Source of the DNA: a virus
Taxonomy: Duplodnaviria > Caudoviricetes
Length of the DNA stretch: 60,505 nucleotides
IMG/VR virus record: IMGVR_UViG_3300010354_000095
Location: 1 to 60,505 of that record
Direction: 5' to 3' (one strand)
The notes beneath the pieces are model-generated. The model saw nothing but the letters and a program-made list of their open reading frames with translations. It had not been told where the DNA came from and ran no database searches. Below, in pieces: positions 26,658 through 36,006 of the stretch (the stretch's first letter is position 1; every line of letters starts with the position of its first letter). A program made the translations under genes and the position numbers.

Positions 26658-28223
26658 ATGATTAAAAGTCTTGAAAATTCTTTAATTAAAAAACCGTACA
26701 CTGCGGTAAAAATTACTGATTTTGAATTAGAAGAATTTATAAAATGTGCAAATCCAGTAACTGGGCCGACATATTTTATGAGTCGATATTTTTATATTCA
26801 ACATCCTGTTAAGGGGAGAATGAACTATTTCCCCTTTCCTTATCAAACAAGATTAATTGACACCTATCATAACTATAGATTTAGTATCAGTCTAATGCCT
26901 CGCCAAACAGGCAAGACAACTAGTGCTGCTGGATATTTACTATGGTATGCCATGTTTAATCCGGATTCGACTATATTGATCGCGGCACACAAATATACAG
27001 GCGCACAAGAAATTATGCAGAGAATTCGTTACGCATACGAATTGTGCCCGGATTTTATACGAGCAGGATGCACCAGTTATAATAAAGGAAGCATTGAATT
27101 TGAAAATGGTAGCAGAATAGTTAGTCAAACAACTACAGAAACCACCGGTCGTGGTATGTCTATAACATTATTATACTGCGACGAATTTGCATTTGTACGA
27201 CCTACTATAGCTAGAGAATTTTGGACTAGTATTTCACCGACATTGAGTACCGGTGGTAAAGCTATTATTACTAGTACACCAAATAGTGATGAAGATCAAT
27301 TCGCTACTATTTGGAAAGAAGCTAATAAATGTATCGACGATTATGGTAATAAAACTGAAGTAGGAATTAACGGATTTAAAGCATATAAAAGTACTTGGGA
27401 CGAACACCCTGACAGAGATCAGAAGTGGGCTCGAGAAGAAATGGGCAGAATCGGCGAAGAAAGATTTCGTCGTGAGCACGGCTGCGAATTTTTAATCTAC
27501 GACGAAACTTTAATTAATAGTAGTTGTTTATTAAATTTATCTGGTAGGGATCCTATAGAAAAACAAGGCCAGGTGAGATGGTATAAACGACCGATTAAAG
27601 GTCAAACTTATCTTGTAGGATTAGATCCTAGTCTAGGAACCGGCGGCGATAGTGCTGCAATACAAGTTATAGAACTTCCTAGTTGTGAACAAGTGGCCGA
27701 GTGGCAACATAATCGAACTATTATTCAGGGGCAGGTTAGATTACTACAGCAGATTTGTGCATATATCTACGATCAAATCGGTAAAGAAAGTGACATTTAT
27801 TATAGTATCGAAAATAATACCTTGGGAGAAGCAGCATTAGTGACATTAAGCGAATTAGGAGAAGAAAATATTCGCGGGATGTTTTTAAGTGAACCAGCAA
27901 AAGCAGGACATGTAAGAAGATATCGAAAAGGATTTACAACTACAAATAAATCAAAATTAGCAGCTTGTGCTAAATTAAAAACCATGATCGAATATAAAAA
28001 AATGTCTATTAATAGTTCAAATTTGATCAGCGAGCTAAAAAACTTTGTTGCTTCTGGGGGTAGTTTTGCTGCAAAAATCGGAGAGACTGACGACCTTGTT
28101 ATGGCTCTTTTGTTAATAGTTAGAATGATACAGTTTTTACAAAATTTTGACCAAGCATTGGATAATAAGTTAAGAGACGATACAGTCGACTACATTGAAC
28201 CTATGCCATTTATTCTAGTATAA
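26658..28223 (+). CDS. terL: Terminase large subunit (T4 gp17-like)
   Basis: FPYQ, PRQTGKTT Walker A, YCDEFAF Walker B, ITSTPN, GLDPSLG.GGD and DDLVMA nuclease motifs. Confidence 0.97.
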   Translation: MIKSLENSLIKKPYTAVKITDFELEEFIKCANPVTGPTYFMSRYFYIQHPVKGRMNYFPFPYQTRLIDTYHNYRFSISLMPRQTGKTTSAAGYLLWYAMFNPDSTILIAAHKYTGAQEIMQRIRYAYELCPDFIRAGCTSYNKGSIEFENGSRIVSQTTTETTGRGMSITLLYCDEFAFVRPTIAREFWTSISPTLSTGGKAIITSTPNSDEDQFATIWKEANKCIDDYGNKTEVGINGFKAYKSTWDEHPDRDQKWAREEMGRIGEERFRREHGCEFLIYDETLINSSCLLNLSGRDPIEKQGQVRWYKRPIKGQTYLVGLDPSLGTGGDSAAIQVIELPSCEQVAEWQHNRTIIQGQVRLLQQICAYIYDQIGKESDIYYSIENNTLGEAALVTLSELGEENIRGMFLSEPAKAGHVRRYRKGFTTTNKSKLAACAKLKTMIEYKKMSINSSNLISELKNFVASGGSFAAKIGETDDLVMALLLIVRMIQFLQNFDQALDNKLRDDTVDYIEPMPFILV

Positions 28224-28259
28224 GTAAACTAAATACTATATTAGATCCAGGATTAACCA

Positions 28260-29669
28260 ATGAAAAACATTGAAAAGATTTCTGAAGAGTTATTTGACAA
28301 GATAAGAAGCCGTTTTGAAAATGTAACTTTAGGCGACAGTGAAACTAAAGAAACTGATCAACCGGATCAAGCTAGATTTTTTAATTTTGACTATATCTCT
28401 CGTACTAAAAAAAATTACGGCAATATTACTCTGAGCCTTATTGACGATAATAGTCTTAAAATTTATTTTAGTAAAAATTTAACCGATGAGATTGAAAAGG
28501 ACGAAAGTGATCGTGAAGAATGGTTTAACTTTCTTAGAGGTTTAAGGTTTTTTGCTAAAAGAAATTTACTAATGTTTGATACTAGAGATATTAGTAGAAG
28601 CAATTTAACTCATAGAGATTTGAAATCTTTAACCGGATCTGAAAAATCTTATTCTACTAACGAACTATCTAATAAGGTAACCGAATCTAAATTAACCGGA
28701 ACTAGTCGTATCAGTATTCAAGAAATGGGACCAGCTAAATTAATAATTAAACATAGCGGTGTTATTGACGAAAATATTCCTGGTGCTCGCAGTAGAAAAA
28801 TTGACAGTATCTATATTGAAACTAATCTTGGCGAACGATTCTTGATGCCATTTAAAAAATTAAGTGCAGCGAGAGCCATGGCGGAACATATTATTCACGG
28901 GGGATTTGTCCACGATGCAGCTGGTCGCCATATTACTAATATGGTCGAAGAAATGAATAATTTATCTTTCTTTGTAAGAAATACAAGACATCGCATGTTC
29001 GAAGATACTGAAACACAAGCCATGGTTGAATCGGCTATAGAAAGATATTATACCCTTCGTGATGATTTGAGAAGAATGGGTACTATGAAAGGTTACAGAC
29101 ATTTCGCAGAAACATTTTCTCCTCAGACTGGGGTACATGAAGAATTTGATATCGACGAACTCAAAGAAAGATTTGTTAAAAAATTTATTGATGATAGAAT
29201 GGTTAATGCACTCCCTTATGTGCACCGAGCTTATCAACAAAGATCAAGCACCGAAAACAAATATATCAAAGAATTCGATTCTTGGGTTGACGATATTACT
29301 GAAAGTGATAGTTTAGATATCGATACCGTTGGATTAACCGAATTAATGAAGGTGCCTTTAGAAGTTGGTCTCGATGGACTAGACGCTATTAATGCCGTTA
29401 AGGAATTTATACCTGACGACGAAGAACTTTTTTCTGATTTAGAAGAACTAAGTCGCATTGCCGATAGTTCAGCAGATGCAAGACCTGTGATTAACAAATG
29501 GTTAGTAAGTCAGGGTTATCCGTCGATTAATATCGAAGAACCAAAAAATCAAGATATCGTGAAACCCGAAACCGAACCAATACCTCCAACTACGCCACCG
29601 GCTTCGGGTACAACCCCTTCGCCGGTTGATACTGTTGTAAAAGAAATGAAAAGATTGGCCGGAATTTAA
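28260..29669 (+). CDS. Hypothetical late protein (469 aa)
   Basis: TAAATA at 28230-28235 and AGGA RBS; Pro/Thr linker before C-terminal EMKRLAGI. Confidence 0.75.
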   Translation: MKNIEKISEELFDKIRSRFENVTLGDSETKETDQPDQARFFNFDYISRTKKNYGNITLSLIDDNSLKIYFSKNLTDEIEKDESDREEWFNFLRGLRFFAKRNLLMFDTRDISRSNLTHRDLKSLTGSEKSYSTNELSNKVTESKLTGTSRISIQEMGPAKLIIKHSGVIDENIPGARSRKIDSIYIETNLGERFLMPFKKLSAARAMAEHIIHGGFVHDAAGRHITNMVEEMNNLSFFVRNTRHRMFEDTETQAMVESAIERYYTLRDDLRRMGTMKGYRHFAETFSPQTGVHEEFDIDELKERFVKKFIDDRMVNALPYVHRAYQQRSSTENKYIKEFDSWVDDITESDSLDIDTVGLTELMKVPLEVGLDGLDAINAVKEFIPDDEELFSDLEELSRIADSSADARPVINKWLVSQGYPSINIEEPKNQDIVKPETEPIPPTTPPASGTTPSPVDTVVKEMKRLAGI

Positions 29670-29690
29670 AATTTCGTTTGCTCGTTTTCT

Positions 29691-29763
29691 TTGACTTTCA
29701 TCTAAAACATTCTTATAATACAATCACTGTGTAGCATAAATAATTATGTTACACAGTAATTGT
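29691..29763 (+). promoter_or_regulatory. gp32 control region: sigma70 promoter plus 20-bp hairpin carrying TAAATA
   Basis: TTGACT-17-TATAAT (29691-29719); arms 29720-29739 and 29744-29763 with one G-U and one mismatch; TAAATA at 29737-29742. Confidence 0.75.
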
Positions 29764-29806
29764 GTATCTAGGTATTTAACTAAGACCATCTTAAGGAGAA
29801 ATCATC

Positions 29807-30829
29807 ATGGCAACTACACTAGCAGAAATTCGCGCAAAGCTTCAAGCGGCTGAGAATCGCAGCCAAGGTTCAGGAAACAACGAACCAAATTCCATTTATG
29901 CACATTGGAACATTCCAGAGGGCTCTACTGCCCGAATTCGATTCCTTCCAGACGCAAATACTAAAAACGATTTTTTCTGGGTTGAACGAGCACTAATTAA
30001 ATTGCCGTTCGCTGGGGTTAAAAATCAAGCAGATAGTCGTCCGGTAGTAGTACAAGTTCCTTGTATGGAAATGTACGGTAAGGATGTTCCTTGCCCGGTA
30101 CTAACTGAAGTTCGTACTTGGTTTAAAGATCCTGCATTGGAAGAAATGGGTCGTAAGTATTGGAAAAAACGAAGCTACCTTTTTCAAGGTTTCGTTCGAG
30201 AAAATCCTCTTTCTGACGATAAAACCCCGGATAATCCCATCCGTCGATTTATTATTAGTCCGCAAATTTTTAATTTAATTAAAAATGCTCTAATGGATCC
30301 TGAGCTAGAAAATCTTCCAACCGACTATCAAGCTGGTCTTGACTTTAATGTCAAAAAAACTAGCAAAGGCGGTTACGCTGATTACAGTACCAGCACTTGG
30401 GCTCGTAAGGAATCAGCACTAACTAGCGTTGAATTGGCTGCAATTGAACAATATAATTTGTTTGATCTTGCTAGCTTCTTGCCAAAGAAACCTGGCGAAG
30501 TTGAACTCAAAGTAATTAAGGAAATGTTTGAAGATAGTGTTAACGGTAAGGAATATGATCCCGATCGTTGGGGACAATATTACAAGCCGTCGGGCATGAG
30601 TTTCGGCGAATCCGAATCTGAGTCCTCGACAGAAACTACGACTACTGTAGCAGCCAAACCGGTAGTCGAAACGGTTTCCAAATCTGTTACTCCTAAAGAA
30701 GATACTCCTCCTTGGTCCGATACCGACGACGATGATACTACTGCACCAGTAGTGTCGCCGGCATCTAACAAGTCATCGAGCCAACGGGCCGAAGATATTT
30801 TGGCAATGATTAGAAATCGTCAAAAGTAA
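29807..30829 (+). CDS. Single-stranded DNA-binding protein (T4 gp32-like)
   Basis: IRFLP, PC.E...CPV, YWKKRSY, G.DF..KK..KGGYADY..S.W and acidic tail; AAGGAG RBS. Confidence 0.9.
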   Translation: MATTLAEIRAKLQAAENRSQGSGNNEPNSIYAHWNIPEGSTARIRFLPDANTKNDFFWVERALIKLPFAGVKNQADSRPVVVQVPCMEMYGKDVPCPVLTEVRTWFKDPALEEMGRKYWKKRSYLFQGFVRENPLSDDKTPDNPIRRFIISPQIFNLIKNALMDPELENLPTDYQAGLDFNVKKTSKGGYADYSTSTWARKESALTSVELAAIEQYNLFDLASFLPKKPGEVELKVIKEMFEDSVNGKEYDPDRWGQYYKPSGMSFGESESESSTETTTTVAAKPVVETVSKSVTPKEDTPPWSDTDDDDTTAPVVSPASNKSSSQRAEDILAMIRNRQK

Positions 30830-30838
30830 TTTGGGCAC

Positions 30839-30870
30839 ATCTAAGTGGGCTTTGGCCCACTTAGATTTTT
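30839..30870 (+). terminator. Intrinsic terminator
   Basis: ATCTAAGTGGGC-TTTG-GCCCACTTAGAT-TTTT. Confidence 0.9.
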
Positions 30871-30886
30871 ATTGGAGTAATAATAT

Positions 30887-31954
30887 ATGGCAAAACCATT
30901 TGATGTAAGTAAATTTCGTAAAAGTATCACTAAAAGTATCGAAGGTATCAGTGTGGGGTTTCGTGATCCCGACACCTGGATTAGCACTGGAAACTATACT
31001 CTAAATTATTTGATCAGCGGCCAATTTGATCGCGGTATTCCTTTAGGCAAAGTTACTGTATTTGCCGGGGAAAGCGGTGCCGGTAAGTCGTTTATTTGTT
31101 CGGGCAATCTTATTCGACATGCACAACAACAGGGAATTTACTGTATTCTAGTTGACACAGAAAATGCATTGGATGAATCTTGGTTGCATGCCTTGGGAGT
31201 AGAGACTACCGAGGATAAGCTACTGAAACTTAATATGGCTATGATTGATGACTTGGCCAAGATGATTTCGGATTTTGTTAAAGAATACAAAACAATCCCC
31301 GAAACCGATCGTCCTAAAGTTCTTTTTGTCATCGACAGTTTGGGTATGTTGCTGACCCCTACAGATATTAATCAATTTGAAGGCGGAGACCTCAAAGGCG
31401 ACATGGGTCGTAAACCCAAGGCACTGACTGCATTGGTTCGTAATTGCGTTAATATGTTTGGTGATTTGAATATCGGACTCGTTGCAACTAACCACACCTA
31501 CGCATCCCAGGATATGTTTGATCCCGACGACAAAATCTCGGGCGGTCAGGGCTTTATCTATGCAAGCTCAATCGTTGTAGCTATGCGTAAACTCAAACTC
31601 AAAGAGGATGAGGACGGCAACAAAATCAGCGAAGTCAAAGGTATTCGTGCTGCCTGCAAGATTATGAAAACTCGTTATGCCAAACCCTTTGAAAGTGTAC
31701 AGATTAAGATTCCCTACGAGTCAGGAATGAATCCATATAGTGGATTGGTGGATATGATTGAAGCCAAAGGCATGTTGAAAAAAGAAGGTAACAGTTTAGT
31801 TTATACTACTGTGAACGGTGAAGTGATCAAAAAATTCCGTAAAGGTTGGGAACGTAATGATGATAGTTGCTTGGACACGGTAATGAAAGATGTCACTGAA
31901 AATCCTCGCGCCATAAGTAGTTCTGTACAAGTTGAGGAGGAGGTTACAGAATGA
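30887..31954 (+). CDS. uvsX: RecA-like recombinase UvsX
   Basis: ISTG...LN..ISG, AGESGAGKS Walker A, VDTENA, VIDSLG, TNHTY and SGG.G..YASS. Confidence 0.95.
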   Translation: MAKPFDVSKFRKSITKSIEGISVGFRDPDTWISTGNYTLNYLISGQFDRGIPLGKVTVFAGESGAGKSFICSGNLIRHAQQQGIYCILVDTENALDESWLHALGVETTEDKLLKLNMAMIDDLAKMISDFVKEYKTIPETDRPKVLFVIDSLGMLLTPTDINQFEGGDLKGDMGRKPKALTALVRNCVNMFGDLNIGLVATNHTYASQDMFDPDDKISGGQGFIYASSIVVAMRKLKLKEDEDGNKISEVKGIRAACKIMKTRYAKPFESVQIKIPYESGMNPYSGLVDMIEAKGMLKKEGNSLVYTTVNGEVIKKFRKGWERNDDSCLDTVMKDVTENPRAISSSVQVEEEVTE

Positions 31955-32175
31955 GTATTGAAGTAGATGTTTTAAGTGAAGCATACATTATTTTGAAACA
32001 ATATATTCCGCAAAAGGATCGTCAAGAAGCTGCCGACAGTTTAATGAGTGTTCTAGTAGATTTACTTAGCGACGACGAACTCGCCGAATTTAGTGCAACT
32101 GATTCAAATTTGACTCGAGCATACAAAGAGTATGCAGTAGAGCCCGAAGATGATGATATTGACTATGACAATTAA
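31951..32175 (+). CDS. Small acidic hypothetical protein
   Basis: ATGA-coupled to uvsX; GGAGG RBS. Confidence 0.75.
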   Translation: MSIEVDVLSEAYIILKQYIPQKDRQEAADSLMSVLVDLLSDDELAEFSATDSNLTRAYKEYAVEPEDDDIDYDN

Positions 32176-32178
32176 ACT

Positions 32179-32631
32179 ATGTGGTATAATCGTGTAGTTA
32201 ACGATCTGTCGAATATACCAGATTTCATTAGCTATTATGAAAACGAATTAGAACAGGCAAAAAAAGAGTGTCGTATTGTCGGAGTAGTTGAAAAAAGTAT
32301 AGCCGATCTACCTGGTATTACAGAATTTCGATTCAATCAGTTACAAGAAATAGAAGCAGTATTGAACTATTTAAACATTCAATTGAGACGGATTCGTAGA
32401 CGACATTTTCAAAAGTATCTCGAAGGTTATAATAGAGCATTATCTAGTCGTGATGCTGAAAAATATGTTGACGGTGAGGACGAAGTTATTGATTATGAAA
32501 CTATAATCAATAGTGTTGCGTTGCTTCGTAATAAGTATTTAGGCGTACTTAAAGGACTAGAAAGTAAAAACTTTATGCAGGGTCATCTAGTTAGATTGAA
32601 ATGTGCCGGCATGGAAGACTATATTATATAA
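32179..32631 (+). CDS. uvsY: Recombination mediator UvsY-like
   Basis: Helical 150-aa protein after uvsX with ..EKYVDGE.EV....... and KGLE.K.F pattern. Confidence 0.75.
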   Translation: MWYNRVVNDLSNIPDFISYYENELEQAKKECRIVGVVEKSIADLPGITEFRFNQLQEIEAVLNYLNIQLRRIRRRHFQKYLEGYNRALSSRDAEKYVDGEDEVIDYETIINSVALLRNKYLGVLKGLESKNFMQGHLVRLKCAGMEDYII

Positions 32632-32634
32632 TCC

Positions 32635-32889
32635 GTGAATCAAGAACAATTAAAAGCTAAAGATTTATTATTAGAATGGCACAGTCTTCGCAATAGCGCG
32701 GCCTGTGCCTATATTTTTGATATACAGGAGTGTAAAGATAAATTAGAAGATTTAGCAGCATTACTTAGTGTGCAACTATATTGTTCACCTGTTGAAAATC
32801 TTTGTAATATTACTGTTGAATTCGAACATGAATTGAATCAACTAAAACAAAATGTACATATTGATCTTCTAGCCGGATTAAAAAAATAA
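32635..32889 (+). CDS. Hypothetical protein
   Basis: 84-aa GTG-start ORF that fills the gap in the operon. Confidence 0.6.
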   Translation: MNQEQLKAKDLLLEWHSLRNSAACAYIFDIQECKDKLEDLAALLSVQLYCSPVENLCNITVEFEHELNQLKQNVHIDLLAGLKK

Positions 32890-32902
32890 AACTAAATAAT
32901 GT

Positions 32903-34435
32903 ATGCGAGATTTGATTAACATCATTACTTTGGTTGAAAGTCGGGGACTCGGTGCAAGAAGAGCCGGCGAAGAATTTGTTAGCACCACTAATCCTGATGA
33001 TAAGATATATGTTAATAGTGTAACTTTTTATCCTCAGGACCGTACTCAGTACGATAGTTACGAGGAAATGAGTTCATCATTAAAAGAGTTAGTTCAAATC
33101 CCAAATGCCTATGTTGATTTAATTGGAAAATTTGGACCTAAAGATTTAGCTTTTGGTATTGCAATTTTTGATAAACCTGATAAATCTAAATTAGCATTTG
33201 TAAAACCATATAAGTCAGTTAAACCTGATCCAACACAAAATCAATGGGATAACCAAACCGGCATTCCCGGATACAAATATAATAGTCGTGCCGCCGCTAA
33301 GACGCAAGCCGGACTTACACCACAGGATATTTTAACAGAGAACGACAACCTGACACCTTTGGATATTGTAAGTCAAGTTGCTCAAAAATTAGGTAATGAA
33401 AGTCCTTTGACAAAATTAACCCAAGCAATTGCTTCTGGGCAAAAACTACCGATATCTATTCCAGCTGACCCGAATCTAGGATTCTCTGCATTTAGAGATT
33501 ATTTTTGCGAACTATTACATCCAATTGCATTGCAGACTGGTAACTACGAAGGTAATGCCGGGGATGCTGCTAAAAAGTTTTTAGGTGTTGGAGGATTCGC
33601 CGATACTAGTATTAATTTTGGTAAAGATAAAACAGAAGGATTAAGTGATAGTGTGTTGGTTTCTCCGACCGGAAAAAAGATCAAAGTAAGTAGTAAAGGT
33701 GCCAAAGGTGCAGAGGCTAGTGCTAAAAATATTTTTGATGCAGCAGAAGAATTAAAAGAAAATAATCCGACTCTCTGGAATAAACATCAAAAAATTATTC
33801 AACTAGTAGAAGATATTAAACAATCTGGACAAGCTGGTGCACCATTATTATTGGGTGTTAGATTTAATATTATCAGCCAAGAAGATGCTGATACTATTAA
33901 AGGTTTTAAAAATATGCCCCCGATGAATTTAGAAAAAGGTAAATTGCTCGGCAGTGAAAAACTAAAAGAATTAATTACCGGAAGAAAAACGGATAATCCA
34001 GAAAAAGTAAATATGTATTTTCATACTATTGCCGCGGTGGCACATAAAGTAGCCGATCACATAAATCAAAGTACAAATTTCGGACAGGCTGCAAGTGAAA
34101 TACTCAATAATGGTGCATTAGTTCAAGTATATACTGTTGCATCCGAAAAAGGTGATCAGTGGACTTTGTCTAAATTTAATACAAAATGGCCAAGTGATAC
34201 TGTTACTGGTGTTAGTTTTAGTGCCAGTAAAACTTACTACAGTACAGGAATTAAAGGAAACTTTACTTTTAAGATTTTAAGAAATGGAGCTAAGGATGTT
34301 GAGGACGAAAGGTCTTCAGAACCGGCTCTGGCTCCTAAGGTAGCTGCTCCCAATGTAGTTACCGGTAAAAGAGTTAAAGTTCGTCCCCGTGATACTACCC
34401 CTCGTCCTAGTGGGGTTGGCAGAGAATTAAGATAG
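32903..34435 (+). CDS. Late protein with possible PD-(D/E)XK nuclease-like core
   Basis: TAAATA at 32893-32898; DYFCELL...GLSDSVLV...IKVSSKG pattern; basic Pro/Arg-rich tail. Confidence 0.55.
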   Translation: MRDLINIITLVESRGLGARRAGEEFVSTTNPDDKIYVNSVTFYPQDRTQYDSYEEMSSSLKELVQIPNAYVDLIGKFGPKDLAFGIAIFDKPDKSKLAFVKPYKSVKPDPTQNQWDNQTGIPGYKYNSRAAAKTQAGLTPQDILTENDNLTPLDIVSQVAQKLGNESPLTKLTQAIASGQKLPISIPADPNLGFSAFRDYFCELLHPIALQTGNYEGNAGDAAKKFLGVGGFADTSINFGKDKTEGLSDSVLVSPTGKKIKVSSKGAKGAEASAKNIFDAAEELKENNPTLWNKHQKIIQLVEDIKQSGQAGAPLLLGVRFNIISQEDADTIKGFKNMPPMNLEKGKLLGSEKLKELITGRKTDNPEKVNMYFHTIAAVAHKVADHINQSTNFGQAASEILNNGALVQVYTVASEKGDQWTLSKFNTKWPSDTVTGVSFSASKTYYSTGIKGNFTFKILRNGAKDVEDERSSEPALAPKVAAPNVVTGKRVKVRPRDTTPRPSGVGRELR

Positions 34436-34448
34436 AATATTTTTTCTC

Positions 34449-34500
34449 TTGACTTCTTAGGTATTTCAATGTTAACATTGAATGTAAATTTACCTAGGAA
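34449..34500 (+). promoter_or_regulatory. Promoter of glycan module II overlapped by an 18-bp perfect palindrome
   Basis: TTGACT-18-TAACAT (TGn extended); palindrome TTCAATGTTAACATTGAA at 34465-34482. Confidence 0.55.
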
Positions 34501-34506
34501 AAAATC

Positions 34507-34659
34507 ATGTTTGAATCAATTGAAGTTCGACGAGTTGAAAACGGTTTCATATTAGTAATTTCTACAGAAGACGGTGTCAAAGAATATGTTTATGACACTA
34601 GCCGAAAGGCCATTCGCGCTCTTAAAGATTACATGGAAACAAAAAGTTCTCAAGTATGA
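34507..34659 (+). CDS. Small protein (50 aa) missing from the ORF track
   Basis: MFESIEVRRVENGFILVISTEDGVKEYVYDTSRKAIRALKDYMETKSSQV; AGGA RBS; ATGA overlap with the next gene. Confidence 0.8.
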   Translation: MFESIEVRRVENGFILVISTEDGVKEYVYDTSRKAIRALKDYMETKSSQV

Positions 34660-35378
34660 GCAAAAATATTTTTTTAGTTACTAGCGCAATTAATACCAAG
34701 TTTGGTATTTTTAATAGTCAAGATCGTTTGACTCAAACTCTTGCAACTATCGATAAGATAAAAGAAAAGGCACCTGGTAGTAAAATTATTTTTCTCGAAA
34801 TGGCGGCTTTGCCTTTAACTGGCGAGCAAGCCGAGGCGATAACTCAATCAGTTGATTATCTTATTGATTTTACCACTGACCAATCTGTACAAGAACTTTA
34901 TCATAGTACAGATAATTGGGATGTAGTAAAAAATGTTACTGAAGTAATGTGCTTCGGTAAAGCATTAAAAATGTTATATCATGATACCGGACAATTAGCA
35001 GGATCTAATAGAATTTTTAAGATTAGTGGACGATATCAACTGTCCGATGATTTTGATATTGACTATTACGATCAATACAATGTCCAGACTAATATAATTA
35101 TAAGCAAAAATAGATCCAGTCAATTCGATATTAGGCTAACACAAGTTCCTAGACAATTTATGAGTCGTCTTTGGAGTTGGCCAACTCAACTGACCGAAGA
35201 AATAATTCAGGTGTATGATCGCGGTCTTAATTTTATGCAGTCTCGTATATTAGATGGAGGATATATTGATATTGAACATCTATTATATAAATTTTTAGAT
35301 CATGAAAAAATTATTGAACGAGACATTATTGGTATATATGGTAATATAGGACCTAATGGTCAATTAGTCAAAGATTAA
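34656..35378 (+). CDS. Glycosyltransferase-associated hypothetical protein
   Basis: FLVTSAIN...R..QT..T, IFKISGRY and DIEH.LY motifs, recalled from proteins of surface-glycan clusters. Confidence 0.55.
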   Translation: MSKNIFLVTSAINTKFGIFNSQDRLTQTLATIDKIKEKAPGSKIIFLEMAALPLTGEQAEAITQSVDYLIDFTTDQSVQELYHSTDNWDVVKNVTEVMCFGKALKMLYHDTGQLAGSNRIFKISGRYQLSDDFDIDYYDQYNVQTNIIISKNRSSQFDIRLTQVPRQFMSRLWSWPTQLTEEIIQVYDRGLNFMQSRILDGGYIDIEHLLYKFLDHEKIIERDIIGIYGNIGPNGQLVKD

Positions 35379-35382
35379 AATT

Positions 35383-36006
35383 ATGAACGAAACTAGTAAA
35401 TCTCTAATACGAAGACTACATGATGTAAGATTCGCTAATACTTATTTTAAAGGTAACGGGATTGACATTGGAGCAGGATCTGATAGTCTCGGAAAATATA
35501 AACAACAATTCCCGTTAATAACTGATGTTCGAGCTTGGGATGTTAAGGACGGCGATGCACAGTTAATGTCCTCGGTGGAAAATGATGCCTATGATTTTGT
35601 ACATAGTAGTCATTGTTTAGAACATCTAATGAATCCTATTGAGGCGTACAAAAACTGGATTAGAATTTGTAAACCGGGCGGGCATATTATTACTACAATA
35701 CCCGACGAGGATCTTTACGAGCAAGGAAAGTTTCCTAGCGAATTTACTAATCAACATATTACTACTTGGACAATACTCAAGAATAAAAGTTGGAGCCCAG
35801 TTAGTATCAATGTAGTTGATTTTCTATATCAATTCCGACAAGAAATTGAAGTACTTAAAATCGAATTAGTAAATGCATCGTATCTCTATGATATGAAACG
35901 GTTTGACCAAACTTATCACAGCATCAGTGAGTGTGCAATTGAGTTTATTGTTCGAAAAAGAACTCAAAAAGAAATTGATAAAAAAGGTCGATATTCGGAT
36001 CTATAA
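35383..36006 (+). CDS. Class I SAM-dependent methyltransferase
   Basis: GIDIGAG, YDFVHSSHCLEH and W.RI.KPGG. Confidence 0.92.
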   Translation: MNETSKSLIRRLHDVRFANTYFKGNGIDIGAGSDSLGKYKQQFPLITDVRAWDVKDGDAQLMSSVENDAYDFVHSSHCLEHLMNPIEAYKNWIRICKPGGHIITTIPDEDLYEQGKFPSEFTNQHITTWTILKNKSWSPVSINVVDFLYQFRQEIEVLKIELVNASYLYDMKRFDQTYHSISECAIEFIVRKRTQKEIDKKGRYSDL

